From Ruminococcus sp. (GTDB lineage: Bacteria; Bacillota; Clostridia; Oscillospirales; Ruminococcaceae), in NCBI GenBank assembly GCA_017480865.1, contig JAFURN010000109.1, positions 4,464-68,463 of the forward strand: DNA of 64,000 bases, read 5' to 3'. Of the stretch, positions 28,739 through 38,788 are shown in pieces; within the stretch, counting starts at the first letter, position 1, and each line of letters starts with the position of its first letter. The translations under genes were made by a program, and so were the position numbers. The notes beneath the pieces were generated by a model, which was not told the origin of the DNA, ran no database searches, and worked only from the letters and a program-made list of their open reading frames with translations.

Positions 28739-31669
28739 TCAAAGCGGACAGATCTCAAATTCCAGTGTCATGGGAGTTTCTGCCGGAATCTTGTATTCCT
28801 GATGCACCGGTGCACCCCAGGAATCATCGCCCCCAACACCCATCTGCTTTGCGGCAATGCGCACCCAGGTGTAGGACGGATCGGGCAGTTCCTCACGGTG
28901 CAGAGCGTTGTCAAGCTCGCATGCACTGTAGGGCAGCACGCTCATTTCAAAGGGTGTTTCTGCCGCTGTGAAGCCAAGACCTGTACCATTTTCACTATAG
29001 ACGTTCACATATCTCACACCCGTGCGGTTGCCGCATTCCTGGGGACTGAGATACTTTGTGAAATTGTCCCGTGCATTCGATGTATACACGCCGAGTTTTG
29101 CACCATTATTTCTGTCAATGTAGTTTTCATCGGGTCCCATTCCATAGAATGTAAATGTATCATACTGCCGCTTCATTTTGAGATCCATTGCAAATACAGG
29201 CATATCAGGCATTCCCTTAACACCGGGATATTCAGCCCTTACCCCGAGTCTTCCGTCAAAATATGCAGTATAGATAACCTTGTATTCGAATGCCGGAACA
29301 GTGGGTGCAAGGAATGTATATGTCACATCAAGGCTGTCCTGCTTTTTCTTTGTGTCAAAGCCAATCTGCTTTGCGCACTTGCCTGCGGTCAGCCACTGTG
29401 CCATTTCATGCGGGTAGCCTGCGCCGGTATCATTGTCGGTCATGGCTCTCCAGAAGCTGATCTTCGGTGCTCTGGTGATGTACTCTGTGCCATTGTAAAT
29501 CAGAGAACCTACGCCGCCCTCACGCTTGTCAAACAGCATGGAGAAGTTTTCACCGTGCACACCAACAGAGAAATCACCATAGACGATCTCAGCTTTTTTT
29601 ACTGCCGGGACGCACTTGGCGCCGTCCCCTGCATTTATTACCTCCTGTACAAAGCTGATCGCATGTCCTTTATCCGCCCAGAGGGTATCCTCCGCAAGCA
29701 CTGCGGAGGCTGTCAGCACATACTCACCGCCGGTTTCAGGCACGGTCAAACCGATACTCACACTGCCTGTTTCGCCTGCCGGAACGCTCAAACGATGTTC
29801 CTCAGTGCCGAGGATCACGCCCTCCTTTTCAAGAGTTACTTTGAAAATATAGCTGCTTGTGTCGATAAAGAGGTTTCTGTTTTCAACTGTCAGCACACTA
29901 TTTTTGATCTGCATTCTGATATTGGAGTAAAGCTGCTTTGCCTCCTGCACCTTGGGAGAATATGTACGGTCAGCGTAAACGATGCCGTTGGTACAGAAGC
30001 CGTAATCGGACTGGCGGTCGTCAAAATCACCGCCGTAAACAAGCTTTCCGTCCTTGTAAAGTGACTGGTCGATATAGTCCCAGATAAATCCGCCCTGATA
30101 GGCTTCATATTTATCTTCAAGATCTGTGTACAGCTTCATACCGCCGAGGGAATTACCCATAGCATGCATGTATTCGCAGCTGATATAAGGCTTGCCGGTG
30201 TTCTGTCTGAGGTATTCCTCAATATCGCAGGGCTTTGCATACATTCTGCTTTCCATATCGGTGATGTGGTCGTATTTTCTGTTCCAGAAAACACCCTCAT
30301 AATGCACCAGTCTGTTCTTGTCAGTCTCATGGAAATATGCTGCCATTGCCGCAATATCATCACCGCAGTCGGACTCATTGCCGCACGACCAGATCAGTAC
30401 GCTTGCATGGTTTTTGTCACGCTCATACATGGACTTTGCTCTGTCCAGCACTGCACCAAGCCATCTTTTGTCAGATGCAGGTACAAGCTTGTTTGCTCCG
30501 TGGGTTTCGAGATTGGTTTCGTCGATCAGATAAATGCCGTATTCATCACAAAGCTGATACCATCGGGAATTGTTGGGATAATGGCATGTACGAACAGCGT
30601 TCAGATTATTCTGCTTCATAAATCGGATATCCCAAAGCATATCCTCCTCGGTGATACAGCGTCCACGCTCAGCATTCCACTCATGGCGGTTTACACCCTT
30701 GAAGATGATACGCTTGCCGTTGAGACACATGATGCCGTTTCTCATCTCAAATCTGCGGAAGCCGACCCTTGTTTCCGCTGTTTCGATCACTTCTCCATTG
30801 GCTGTGATCTCTGTGGTGAGTGTGTAGAGGTTCGGCGCTTCTGCACTCCATGGCTGTACATCCGGGATGGCTGCTGTCAGATTTGCAGTGTCGCTTTCAT
30901 AGACCTTGCTGCCGTCCCTGTCAGTCAGGGTAAGCTTCACAGAGTAATCGCTTTCACCGATAATATCCAGCTCTGCTGTCAGAATACCGCTGCCGTTTTC
31001 GTAATCATAATCTGCCGTCACCTTCATATCACGCACATGCACTCCGGGAACTGCGTAGAGATACACATCACGGAAGATTCCTGAGAACCGCCAGAAGTCC
31101 TGATCCTCCAGCCAGCTTGCGGTACTGTAGCGGTAAACCTCAACTGCAAGCTTGTTGTTCTTTTCCTTGAGATAGGACGTGATGTTGAATTCAGAAGGAG
31201 TGAAGCTGTCCTCACTGTATCCCACAAACTCGCCGTTGAGCCATACATAGAAGGCAGTTTCCACACCCTGAAAGCTGATGAAGGTTTCTTTGCCGAGCAG
31301 GTCTTCCTCCACATCGAAAAAGCGCACATAGCTGCCCACCGGATTGCGCTTCTGCGGGATCTGCGGAGGTGTAAGCTGCTCCTTTCCCTCCCAGGGATAC
31401 TGGGTGTTCACATACTGCGGCTTGTCATAGCCTTGCAGCTGGATGTGTCCGGGAACTGTGATGTTATCAAAGCCGGCCACATCGTAATCCTCCTTGTAGA
31501 AATCAGCAGGACGGCTATCGGGATGTTCGGTATAGCTGAACTTCCATGTGCCGTTCAGGGACTGTCTCAGCTGATGTCCGTTCACAGTGCAGAGGTGGTC
31601 GGAGTGTGCAGGTTCACGGTTCACTTCAAAAATTTCGGGATTTTTAAGCCATTCCAGTGTGGGTGTCAT
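28739..31669 (-). CDS. lacZ: Beta-galactosidase (GH2)
   Basis: EDQDFWRFSGIFRDV, KGVNRHE, WSCGNES (acid/base), CEYMHAMGN (nucleophile), GVGGDDSWG. Confidence 0.95.
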   Translation of the reverse strand: MTPTLEWLKNPEIFEVNREPAHSDHLCTVNGHQLRQSLNGTWKFSYTEHPDSRPADFYKEDYDVAGFDNITVPGHIQLQGYDKPQYVNTQYPWEGKEQLTPPQIPQKRNPVGSYVRFFDVEEDLLGKETFISFQGVETAFYVWLNGEFVGYSEDSFTPSEFNITSYLKEKNNKLAVEVYRYSTASWLEDQDFWRFSGIFRDVYLYAVPGVHVRDMKVTADYDYENGSGILTAELDIIGESDYSVKLTLTDRDGSKVYESDTANLTAAIPDVQPWSAEAPNLYTLTTEITANGEVIETAETRVGFRRFEMRNGIMCLNGKRIIFKGVNRHEWNAERGRCITEEDMLWDIRFMKQNNLNAVRTCHYPNNSRWYQLCDEYGIYLIDETNLETHGANKLVPASDKRWLGAVLDRAKSMYERDKNHASVLIWSCGNESDCGDDIAAMAAYFHETDKNRLVHYEGVFWNRKYDHITDMESRMYAKPCDIEEYLRQNTGKPYISCEYMHAMGNSLGGMKLYTDLEDKYEAYQGGFIWDYIDQSLYKDGKLVYGGDFDDRQSDYGFCTNGIVYADRTYSPKVQEAKQLYSNIRMQIKNSVLTVENRNLFIDTSSYIFKVTLEKEGVILGTEEHRLSVPAGETGSVSIGLTVPETGGEYVLTASAVLAEDTLWADKGHAISFVQEVINAGDGAKCVPAVKKAEIVYGDFSVGVHGENFSMLFDKREGGVGSLIYNGTEYITRAPKISFWRAMTDNDTGAGYPHEMAQWLTAGKCAKQIGFDTKKKQDSLDVTYTFLAPTVPAFEYKVIYTAYFDGRLGVRAEYPGVKGMPDMPVFAMDLKMKRQYDTFTFYGMGPDENYIDRNNGAKLGVYTSNARDNFTKYLSPQECGNRTGVRYVNVYSENGTGLGFTAAETPFEMSVLPYSACELDNALHREELPDPSYTWVRIAAKQMGVGGDDSWGAPVHQEYKIPAETPMTLEFEICPL

Positions 31670-31682
31670 AATGATGTCCTCC

Positions 31683-33119
31683 TTATTTGTTATGAGTTTT
31701 GTCCCAGTCTTCGTTTGCCTTTTCAACTTTGAGCTTTGAAAGAAGAATTGTGATAAGCAGGTTTAAGATCATCGGCAGCCAGAGATACATGAAGTTCAGC
31801 ATATCGATGCAGGATTCGGACTGCACTGCAGCATTTGCCACGTATCCTCCTGCTGCAAGGAGCCAGCCGGAAAGTGCAGTTCCGATACCGCTGCCGATCT
31901 TCACACCAAGGGATGAGCAGGAATACATGGTTCCGTCAATTCGCTTGCCCTTTGTGCGGTAGGTGTAATCGGAGCAGGCAGCGATCAGTGCATTGAGATC
32001 CCCCTGCATCGGGCTCATTGCGATTGCTGCAATACCAGTGAAGATCAGCATCATGGGGATGTTCTGCATATATCCGCCTACGATGACAAGACCTCTTGCA
32101 AGCGTGGCGATCATGTAACCTGTGAGATTCAGTTTGTACATACCCTTGCATTTCTTTACCAGATACGGAGTCAGCAGCAGACCGCAGATCATGGGGATAT
32201 TGATTGCCAGCGAGAAGGTTCCCAGCAGATCTGCATCACCGAGTATGTAGGTCATATAGTAGATTCCCATGCTGAGTGTTGCAGAGAAAAGCTGTGTGAG
32301 GATGTAGACTGCACAGATGATGATATAGTACTTGTTTGCAAGGAGCAGCTTTGCTGCGCCTGGGAGCGAGTACTTCCTGCTTTCATCCTCAGTGCGGTTT
32401 TCCTTATCGGCAAGTTCAAAATCCGGATATGCATCTGCGGAAAATTTTGCAGCATCCGTATCAGCAGAGTTTTCCTTTTCCAGTTCCTCTTCCGGAAGTT
32501 CCTTGACAGAGAATACAGAGATGGTATTGACCACAAGTCCGATGACTGCGTAGATGATGGCGATGTTTCTCCATCCCTCTGCACCGCCGCCGCACCAGTC
32601 AACAGCCTTTACTGTGACAGCCTGTAAAGCCAGGCTTGTACCGAAAGCAAAGATGAACCGGATGGAACCCATCTGTACACGCTCATTGCCGTTTCGGGTG
32701 ATGAGTGCGGTAAGCGCAGAATAGGCGATGTTGTTTGCGGTGTAGAATACGGCGTTCAGCAATGTATAGGTGATGAAGAAATATGCATATTTTGCTACAT
32801 CCCCCCAGCCGGCGGGTATTGCGAAGATCATGATCAGCATCAGGCTGTTGCCGATGTACGGGAAGAGCATCCAGGGACGTGCCTTGCCCATTTTCGTTTT
32901 GGTCTTATCGATCAGTGCGCCGAAGATGATGTCCGTGAAGCCATCGAAGAACTTCGAAATCATCATCAGTGTTCCTACGATTCCTGCGTTCAGTCCGGCG
33001 GTATCTGTCAGGTAGATCATTACGAATGTAGAGATAAACGCATAAATTACGTTGCCTGCGATATCTCCGGAGCCGTAGCCGATCTTGTTGTACCATCTGA
33101 GGTATTTCTTTTCAGTCAT
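31683..33119 (-). CDS. GPH-family (MelB/LacS-like) galactoside:cation symporter
   Basis: KIGYGSGD, DKTKTKMGKARPW, many TM segments; start MTEKK. Confidence 0.9.
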   Translation of the reverse strand: MTEKKYLRWYNKIGYGSGDIAGNVIYAFISTFVMIYLTDTAGLNAGIVGTLMMISKFFDGFTDIIFGALIDKTKTKMGKARPWMLFPYIGNSLMLIMIFAIPAGWGDVAKYAYFFITYTLLNAVFYTANNIAYSALTALITRNGNERVQMGSIRFIFAFGTSLALQAVTVKAVDWCGGGAEGWRNIAIIYAVIGLVVNTISVFSVKELPEEELEKENSADTDAAKFSADAYPDFELADKENRTEDESRKYSLPGAAKLLLANKYYIIICAVYILTQLFSATLSMGIYYMTYILGDADLLGTFSLAINIPMICGLLLTPYLVKKCKGMYKLNLTGYMIATLARGLVIVGGYMQNIPMMLIFTGIAAIAMSPMQGDLNALIAACSDYTYRTKGKRIDGTMYSCSSLGVKIGSGIGTALSGWLLAAGGYVANAAVQSESCIDMLNFMYLWLPMILNLLITILLSKLKVEKANEDWDKTHNK

Positions 33120-33329
33120 GTTGATCTCTCCTTTAAAAGAATTCATTATGGATTTCGTTAATGTCCTCCGCAGGTCTCGAGTTCTGCTTCGGCAGCAGTA
33201 TTCAGAAGCAGTCTGATACTGCAATTCATTTAAAGGCGCCTTTACTTCTTGATTCTATTCTACCATATCCCAAAAGGAAAGAACATAAACACAATTAGAC
33301 AAAACATGCACAAAATAATACAGATACGC

Positions 33330-33358
33330 TTGAAATGCGAATCGGATTATGATATAAT
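33330..33358 (+). promoter_or_regulatory. Sigma-A promoter for AraC regulator
   Basis: TTGAAA-17 bp-TATAAT. Confidence 0.6.
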
Positions 33359-33390
33359 GAAAGCAATTTCAAAAAGAACGGAGGATTCCT

Positions 33391-34242
33391 ATGTTTACCA
33401 ATGTTGCTTACCTGCATAATTCCTTTTCGGATATTGTGGATGAGAGTAAATCACTGATCGTAACAAGCTGCGGATACTATCGTGTACACAGCAGACCGAC
33501 AGTTTCAACGGAGCGTCCGAACGGCAGACAGGATTATCAGCTTTTATACATTGCAAAGGGTAAGGGATACTTTTATTTTGACGGCAAGGAACGAATCATC
33601 ACCGAAGGAAACATGATTTTATTCCGTCCGGGAGAAACACAGATGTATTACTATCACGCGCCCGATAAAACGGAGGTGTACTGGGTGCATTTTACCGGAA
33701 GAATGGTGGAGGGGATTCTTGATAACTATGAGATGCCCCATACTGAAAATGTGTTTTATACCGGTACTTCCCCCGATTATCAGTGGCTGTACCGTCAGAT
33801 GATACAGGAGCTGCAGCTCTGCCGACCGAACTATGAGGAGCTGCTTGCACTGAATCTGCGGCATATTTTCATTATGATCAATCGCTATCTGCGTGAAGGA
33901 CGGAAAGTCGGAAGTGATATTCAGAACGAGATCGAACGTGCCACGCATTATTTCAATGAGAACTATAACGCCCCGATTAATATTGATGAATATGCGGAGT
34001 CCCGTCACATAAGCACCTGCTGGTTCATCCGGAGTTTCAAGCAGATCTTGAAGGTCACACCGATGCAGTACATTCTTTCTCTGCGTATAGCGAATGCACA
34101 GAGTCTGCTGGAATCCACAGAGTACAATATTTCGGAAATTGCAGAAGCGGTCGGATATGATAACCCGCTGTATTTCAGCAGGCTGTTTCATAAGCATATC
34201 GGTGTTTCGCCGTCGGAGTACAGGAAGCAAAGGACGAAATAA
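33391..34242 (+). CDS. AraC-family regulator, probable activator of the divergent lac/gal operon
   Basis: RPNGRQDYQLLYI..YWVHFTG sugar-binding domain; GYDNPLYFSRLF HTH. Confidence 0.92.
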   Translation: MFTNVAYLHNSFSDIVDESKSLIVTSCGYYRVHSRPTVSTERPNGRQDYQLLYIAKGKGYFYFDGKERIITEGNMILFRPGETQMYYYHAPDKTEVYWVHFTGRMVEGILDNYEMPHTENVFYTGTSPDYQWLYRQMIQELQLCRPNYEELLALNLRHIFIMINRYLREGRKVGSDIQNEIERATHYFNENYNAPINIDEYAESRHISTCWFIRSFKQILKVTPMQYILSLRIANAQSLLESTEYNISEIAEAVGYDNPLYFSRLFHKHIGVSPSEYRKQRTK

Positions 34243-34279
34243 CACAAAGTTTATCTGTGGTTTGCCATATAGAATAAGA

Positions 34280-34322
34280 GAAAGCCCCTCTGTCGGATTT
34301 TGGTCCGGCGGAGGGGCTTTTT
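34280..34322. terminator. Intrinsic terminator between convergent genes
   Basis: AAAGCCCCTCTGTCGGA...TCCGGCGGAGGGGCTTTTT. Confidence 0.8.
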
Positions 34323-34324
34323 GA

Positions 34325-35013
34325 TTAAAATAGACTTTCAAATATTTCCATAGTTTCATCACTCATTTTACGGACGAAACCGGATACAGAAGTAGTCATA
34401 ATTCTATCGTATTTATCGAATCGCAGGGGCTTCTGAACAGATTTGCTTTTCCCGAAAAGCATTGTTTTCACGATTTCAATCGGAAGTGATCTTGGATGAA
34501 TTTCAGAGCCATTTCCGCTTGCAGCAAGTTCTGCACAGCAGGTTCGAGGCTTTTGATGATAAAGATGCGGCACATCTTTCAGCTTATCAGAGTGATATAT
34601 ACGCTGAATATCATCAGGAAGTTTTTCATACACTTCACCTTTAACGCTATTATGTTTTGCAGTATGGTCATCAACCACATAACCCGAACCGTGTTCCCAC
34701 ATTACAAAATCGCCATACATTCCTTCTGTATAGTAAAGAACACCCTTGGGGATAAGTGCGGAATGATATGTACCAAGTTCACGCATGGTATAATCAAATG
34801 CACATTCGATTTTTCAACAGGAAGACGAGCCATCACAGCCAGTGTACCATTCTGAATGGTAACCGCATATATAACATCTCCGGTTTTTACTGCGGAGATG
34901 GACGGCATTATCTGGTGCTGACTTCCATAAACAACTTTAAAAGGACCTTTGTCGCCTGCTTTTTCTAATTCCTTTACATAGTCCTTGCCCCAGTAAACCA
35001 TATGTCCAGCCAT
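34325..35013 (-). pseudogene. Hypothetical gene split by a single-base frameshift
   Basis: ORFs 34702-35013 and 34325-34786 join if the A5 run at ~34810-34814 is A6: RLPVEK-IECAFDYTMRELG. Confidence 0.65.
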
Positions 35014-35154
35014 TATCTAAGCCTCCGAATTCAAAATTGCCCCAACATCCAAATCACGCACACTTACACCTCTGTTATCCAATCCGCACACAAATATGCG
35101 TATAGTATAGACGAAATTGAACTTCGGCGGATGTAGGGTATTATTCGTAAAATT

Positions 35155-35445
35155 CTATTTTTTCATATATCGCACATTCCAGTCGCTCGTTTCGTCTTCG
35201 GCTTCTGCGTACTCACCATAATCCAGTTCTGCCAGATCTCCCATCGACGCATCAATGCTTAAAACATTCGCCAGAGAAACGATTCTTGCATCATCTTCCG
35301 TGTGGTTTCCGCCGCATAAAAACTGCCAGTAACCGTCTTCATCATGGGAAACGTACAGTATAGGCTTGTTATCCTCCAGTACATGGCGGCAGGTAAGGCA
35401 GGCAGTATCGGGGGCATCTGCAAATGGGAATTTCTGATTGTTCAT
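35155..35445 (-). CDS. Small acidic hypothetical protein (possibly DUF2185/immunity-like)
   Basis: PILYVSHDEDGYWQFLCG; GGAGG RBS. Confidence 0.7.
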   Translation of the reverse strand: MNNQKFPFADAPDTACLTCRHVLEDNKPILYVSHDEDGYWQFLCGGNHTEDDARIVSLANVLSIDASMGDLAELDYGEYAEAEDETSDWNVRYMKK

Positions 35446-35473
35446 CGTTTTACCTCCAAATTCATTTTTTCAT

Positions 35474-35504
35474 CTCGACATCAACACCACACACTTAACA
35501 TGCC
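35474..35504 (-). repeat. Duplicate of the rlmD 3' end (att site)
   Basis: CTCGACATCAACACCACACACTTAACATGCC vs 43098-43128 CTCGACATCAATACCACACACTCCACATGCC, 28/31 identical. Confidence 0.85.
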
Positions 35505-35693
35505 ACGACACGTCCGAAATGATGTCAAATGGCGGTATTTCGTTGAAATCCGTGCATGGAAGAAGTCTGTAAGCCATTTCAAAGTGCAAAAATTACACTT
35601 TCAAAGGTTCAGAATTGCACTTTAGCGATTTCTTATATGGAACGCCGAATCAACATTACAGCTTTATTCGCTTTCATAATGTTACAATTCGTC

Positions 35694-35858
35694 TTAATTG
35701 CGATCTTTTTTCACAACCGCATTCTTCCCTCTGAAAGCAATACCGATCTTGTGGACAGCGGTTATGCCGGTGTCAAGAAGCTCTGTGTCGTATTTCTTTT
35801 CATTGATTTGCAGTAATGCTTCCTTGGCAAGTGCATTCAGATCTGCATTTTCATCCCT
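35694..35858 (-). pseudogene. C-terminal fragment of an AAA-ATPase/PD-(D/E)XK nuclease family gene
   Basis: LAKEALLQINEKKYDTEL...KIGIAFRGK is the characteristic end of this family; the rest is missing. Confidence 0.7.
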
Positions 35859-35859
35859 T

Positions 35860-36591
35860 CTATTGCTCCGAAACATAATACTGCTCCCTGAACCTCTTCG
35901 GTGTTGTACCTGTTATTTTTCTGAACGCATAAATAAACGAGCTTTGAGAAGAAAAACCCAGCGATACAGAAATATCCAGATAGGAAAGATCCGAGTATTT
36001 CAGCAAATTCTGTGCCGTGTCGATCTTGGGATTCAGAACAAATTCTTTTAGATGAGTACCTGTTTCCGTATAAAACAGCTGTGACAAATATGACGGATGT
36101 AATCCGCAATATACCGCAAGCGAATTGACTGTCAAGTCCTCACGGAGATGCTCGTAAATATAATCAATGCACTTTCTTGCGTAGAGTGAAATAATGTGCT
36201 GTTTTCGTATCTCCTGCATACGCTCTGTGAAATCCAGCTGAAGCTCCTGCATCAGTTCCAGTAATCCCTCATAGGTTCTGCATTTGTCCCCTTTACGGAT
36301 GTAAATATCCGCAAGAGTGTACGCTTCATCATGTCCCATACCGCTTTGCATACAAGCCTTTGCAATTGCAGAAGCCATGATCGCCAGATGGTATTGTGCA
36401 TTTCTCACGGAATTATCCGATAGCTGCCTTGACAAACATTCTGTAAGTTTTGCTGCATTTTGTCTGACTGCATCCATATCTCCATTGCAGATGTCATTAT
36501 ATTGTTCCATTTCCACATTCATCGGCTGTCTTTGGATACCGCTTGTTTTCTGCAAAAACAGCTGGTAATTCAGTTCGTTTCTGACCTTCAT
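35860..36591 (-). CDS. AraC-family regulator
   Basis: EAYTLADIYI; CIDYIYEHL, LHPSYLSQLF, LGFSSQSSF HTH; divergent from MATE. Confidence 0.9.
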   Translation of the reverse strand: MKVRNELNYQLFLQKTSGIQRQPMNVEMEQYNDICNGDMDAVRQNAAKLTECLSRQLSDNSVRNAQYHLAIMASAIAKACMQSGMGHDEAYTLADIYIRKGDKCRTYEGLLELMQELQLDFTERMQEIRKQHIISLYARKCIDYIYEHLREDLTVNSLAVYCGLHPSYLSQLFYTETGTHLKEFVLNPKIDTAQNLLKYSDLSYLDISVSLGFSSQSSFIYAFRKITGTTPKRFREQYYVSEQ

Positions 36592-36715
36592 TTTATCACC
36601 ACGCATTTCCAAGACCATATCGTTATCTCTATTATATCAGATTTTCGATACAAATACAAGAAAACCGATATAAAAACTACCGCATCCATTTTATAATTAG
36701 GATGGAGGCGATATT

Positions 36716-38050
36716 ATGACGAAAACAAACGACCTGACCGAAGGCAAGGTAAGCCGCATGCTTCTCGGTTTCTTTTTCCCGATGCTCTTCACCAATCTGC
36801 TTCAGCAGCTTTACACCTTTGCTGATACTGCAATCGTTGGAAAAGGACTTGGTGACAATGCACTTGCGGCAGTGGGCAATATGTCCGCTCTGACGCTATT
36901 GATCATTGGCTTTGCACAAGGCATCACAAACGGATTTTCCGTTATTGTGGCACAGCACTTCGGCAGCAGAGATATGTCCGCACTGCGGAAATCCATTGCA
37001 GCGTCCATAAAGCTGTCGGCGATCCTGTCAGTCATCCTGACTGTGATCAGTCTGATTTTTCTGAAAAACGTGCTGCTCATTATGCAAACCGACACAGCCA
37101 TTCTCAAGGATAGTCTGATATATGGGTATATCATATTCGGCGGACTGACGGCAACAATGGCATATAACCTCTGCTCCTGCATCCTGCGAGCTTTGGGTGA
37201 CAGTAAAACGCCGTTCCTTGCAATTGTGGTATCATCCATTCTGAATATTCTGCTCGACTGTCTGTTCATCTTTGTTTTGAAAACAGGTGTAGGCGGTGCG
37301 GCAATTGCTACAGTTCTGGCACAAATTATTTCTGTTGTAATCTGTGTAATTCGTCGGCGAAAGACAGAAAGCATCCAGCTTACCCGTCAGGATTTCAAAA
37401 GCAATTTTTCACTGTCGGTTGAGCTGCTGAAAAATGGCATACCGATGGCTTGTATGAATTCAGTTACCGCAGTTGGCTGTATGATCGTGCAATCCTATGT
37501 CAACGCTCTTGGAGTTGTATACACCTCTGCATATTCTGCCTGCAATAGGTATGTGAATCTGTTTATGCTGCCGTCTGTTACAGCAGGCTTTGCCGTGTCT
37601 GCCTTTACAAGTCAGAATTACGGTGCGAAGAAATATGACCGTATTAAATCAGGTGTCCGTGTTGGTCTGATGATCGGGCTGGTATCATATCTTGTTCTCG
37701 GTATGGTTATGGTGCTGTTTCCGCAGGCACTTGCAAAGGTGCTGCTGAACGGACAGGAACCGATTACATTGGCTGCACATTTTCTACAGATATGCGGCAG
37801 TATGTTCTTTACGCTGAATTTTCTGTTTGTTTACCGAAGCACCGTTCAGGGCATGGGGAAGCCCTTGGTGCCCATGTGTTCGGGACTGCTTGAAATGGGA
37901 CTGCGGATTCTTGTGATTGTACTATGTCTTTCACGAATTGGATTTAAAGCAACTGCCTATGCGGAGGTCATTGCCTGGACAGGGGCATTCGTGCTGAATT
38001 TTGCTGCTTATCTTATGGAGATGAGAAAATATACGGCGAGGAAACAGTAA
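36716..38050 (+). CDS. MATE family efflux transporter
   Basis: DLTEGK, QQLYTFADTAIVG, LRALGDSKTP, SQNYGAKKYDR. Confidence 0.93.
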   Translation: MTKTNDLTEGKVSRMLLGFFFPMLFTNLLQQLYTFADTAIVGKGLGDNALAAVGNMSALTLLIIGFAQGITNGFSVIVAQHFGSRDMSALRKSIAASIKLSAILSVILTVISLIFLKNVLLIMQTDTAILKDSLIYGYIIFGGLTATMAYNLCSCILRALGDSKTPFLAIVVSSILNILLDCLFIFVLKTGVGGAAIATVLAQIISVVICVIRRRKTESIQLTRQDFKSNFSLSVELLKNGIPMACMNSVTAVGCMIVQSYVNALGVVYTSAYSACNRYVNLFMLPSVTAGFAVSAFTSQNYGAKKYDRIKSGVRVGLMIGLVSYLVLGMVMVLFPQALAKVLLNGQEPITLAAHFLQICGSMFFTLNFLFVYRSTVQGMGKPLVPMCSGLLEMGLRILVIVLCLSRIGFKATAYAEVIAWTGAFVLNFAAYLMEMRKYTARKQ

Positions 38051-38069
38051 ACTGTATAGAACATGCATA

Positions 38070-38099
38070 AACCCTGCTGAGGTCAGCAGGGTGTTTTTT
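38070..38099 (+). terminator. Intrinsic terminator after MATE
   Basis: ACCCTGCTGA-GG-TCAGCAGGGT followed by a T run. Confidence 0.75.
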
Positions 38100-38102
38100 C
38101 TA

Positions 38103-38131
38103 TTGACATCGCCCCTACTGTATGTTATAAT
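38103..38131 (+). promoter_or_regulatory. Consensus sigma-A promoter for the TetR/GNAT gene run
   Basis: TTGACA-17 bp-TATAAT with extended TG; near-palindromic GCAACGGTTGT downstream may be the TetR operator. Confidence 0.85.
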
Positions 38132-38176
38132 AAAAACAGATGTTACGCAACGGTTGTTACAGAATGGAGAATAACA

Positions 38177-38788
38177 ATGCCGCCGAAAGCAAAATTTACA
38201 AGAGAAGAAATCATCGAAGCTGCCCTGACCCTTGCTGCTGATAAGGGCATCTCTGCTCTGACCGCACGTGAACTTGGTGCAGCACTGGGCAGCTCTACCC
38301 GTCCCATCTTCACAGCCTTTCAGAATATGGAGGAGGTACTGACAGAGGTGCGGAAGGCTGCTGTTGCTCGTTTCAGTGAGTATGCAAAGAAGGCAGAGGA
38401 GTTTACGCCGGTGTTCAAGCAGGTGGGACTTCAGATGATAATGTTCGCCTATGAACAGCCGAAGCTGTATCGTCTGCTGTTTATGAGCGAAAAGCCTGAA
38501 GCGCAGACCTTTGATGATGTCTATAATAATCTCGGTGAGATCGCACCCTTATGTGTTCAGGTGATCCAGCGTGATTATGACATGAGCTATGATAACGCAA
38601 TGCTACTGTTCAGGCAGATCTGGATATATACCTATGGAGTAGGCGCACTGATCGCAACGGGAATGTGCAGCTTCAGTATGGAGGAGATTCAGGATATGCT
38701 CAGCCGTGAGTTCGTGGCGATGCTGATGCTGATAAAGTCGGGCAGGGCTGAGAATTGTACGACTATTCCGGAGAAGAAGCATGAATAG
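38177..38788 (+). CDS. TetR/AcrR-family regulator
   Basis: MPPKAKFTREEII...LTARELGAALGSSTRPIF HTH. Confidence 0.92.
   Translation: MPPKAKFTREEIIEAALTLAADKGISALTARELGAALGSSTRPIFTAFQNMEEVLTEVRKAAVARFSEYAKKAEEFTPVFKQVGLQMIMFAYEQPKLYRLLFMSEKPEAQTFDDVYNNLGEIAPLCVQVIQRDYDMSYDNAMLLFRQIWIYTYGVGALIATGMCSFSMEEIQDMLSREFVAMLMLIKSGRAENCTTIPEKKHE

Noticed and set aside
24883-34322. Similar AAAGCCCCTC...GGGGCTT hairpins flanking the lac/gal cluster as element ends
   Set aside because: Both sit at gene 3' ends and are explained as terminators; identity is limited to short stems.
35040-35075. CACGCACACTTACACC as a third rlmD att copy
   Set aside because: Similarity is too short and degenerate to support.
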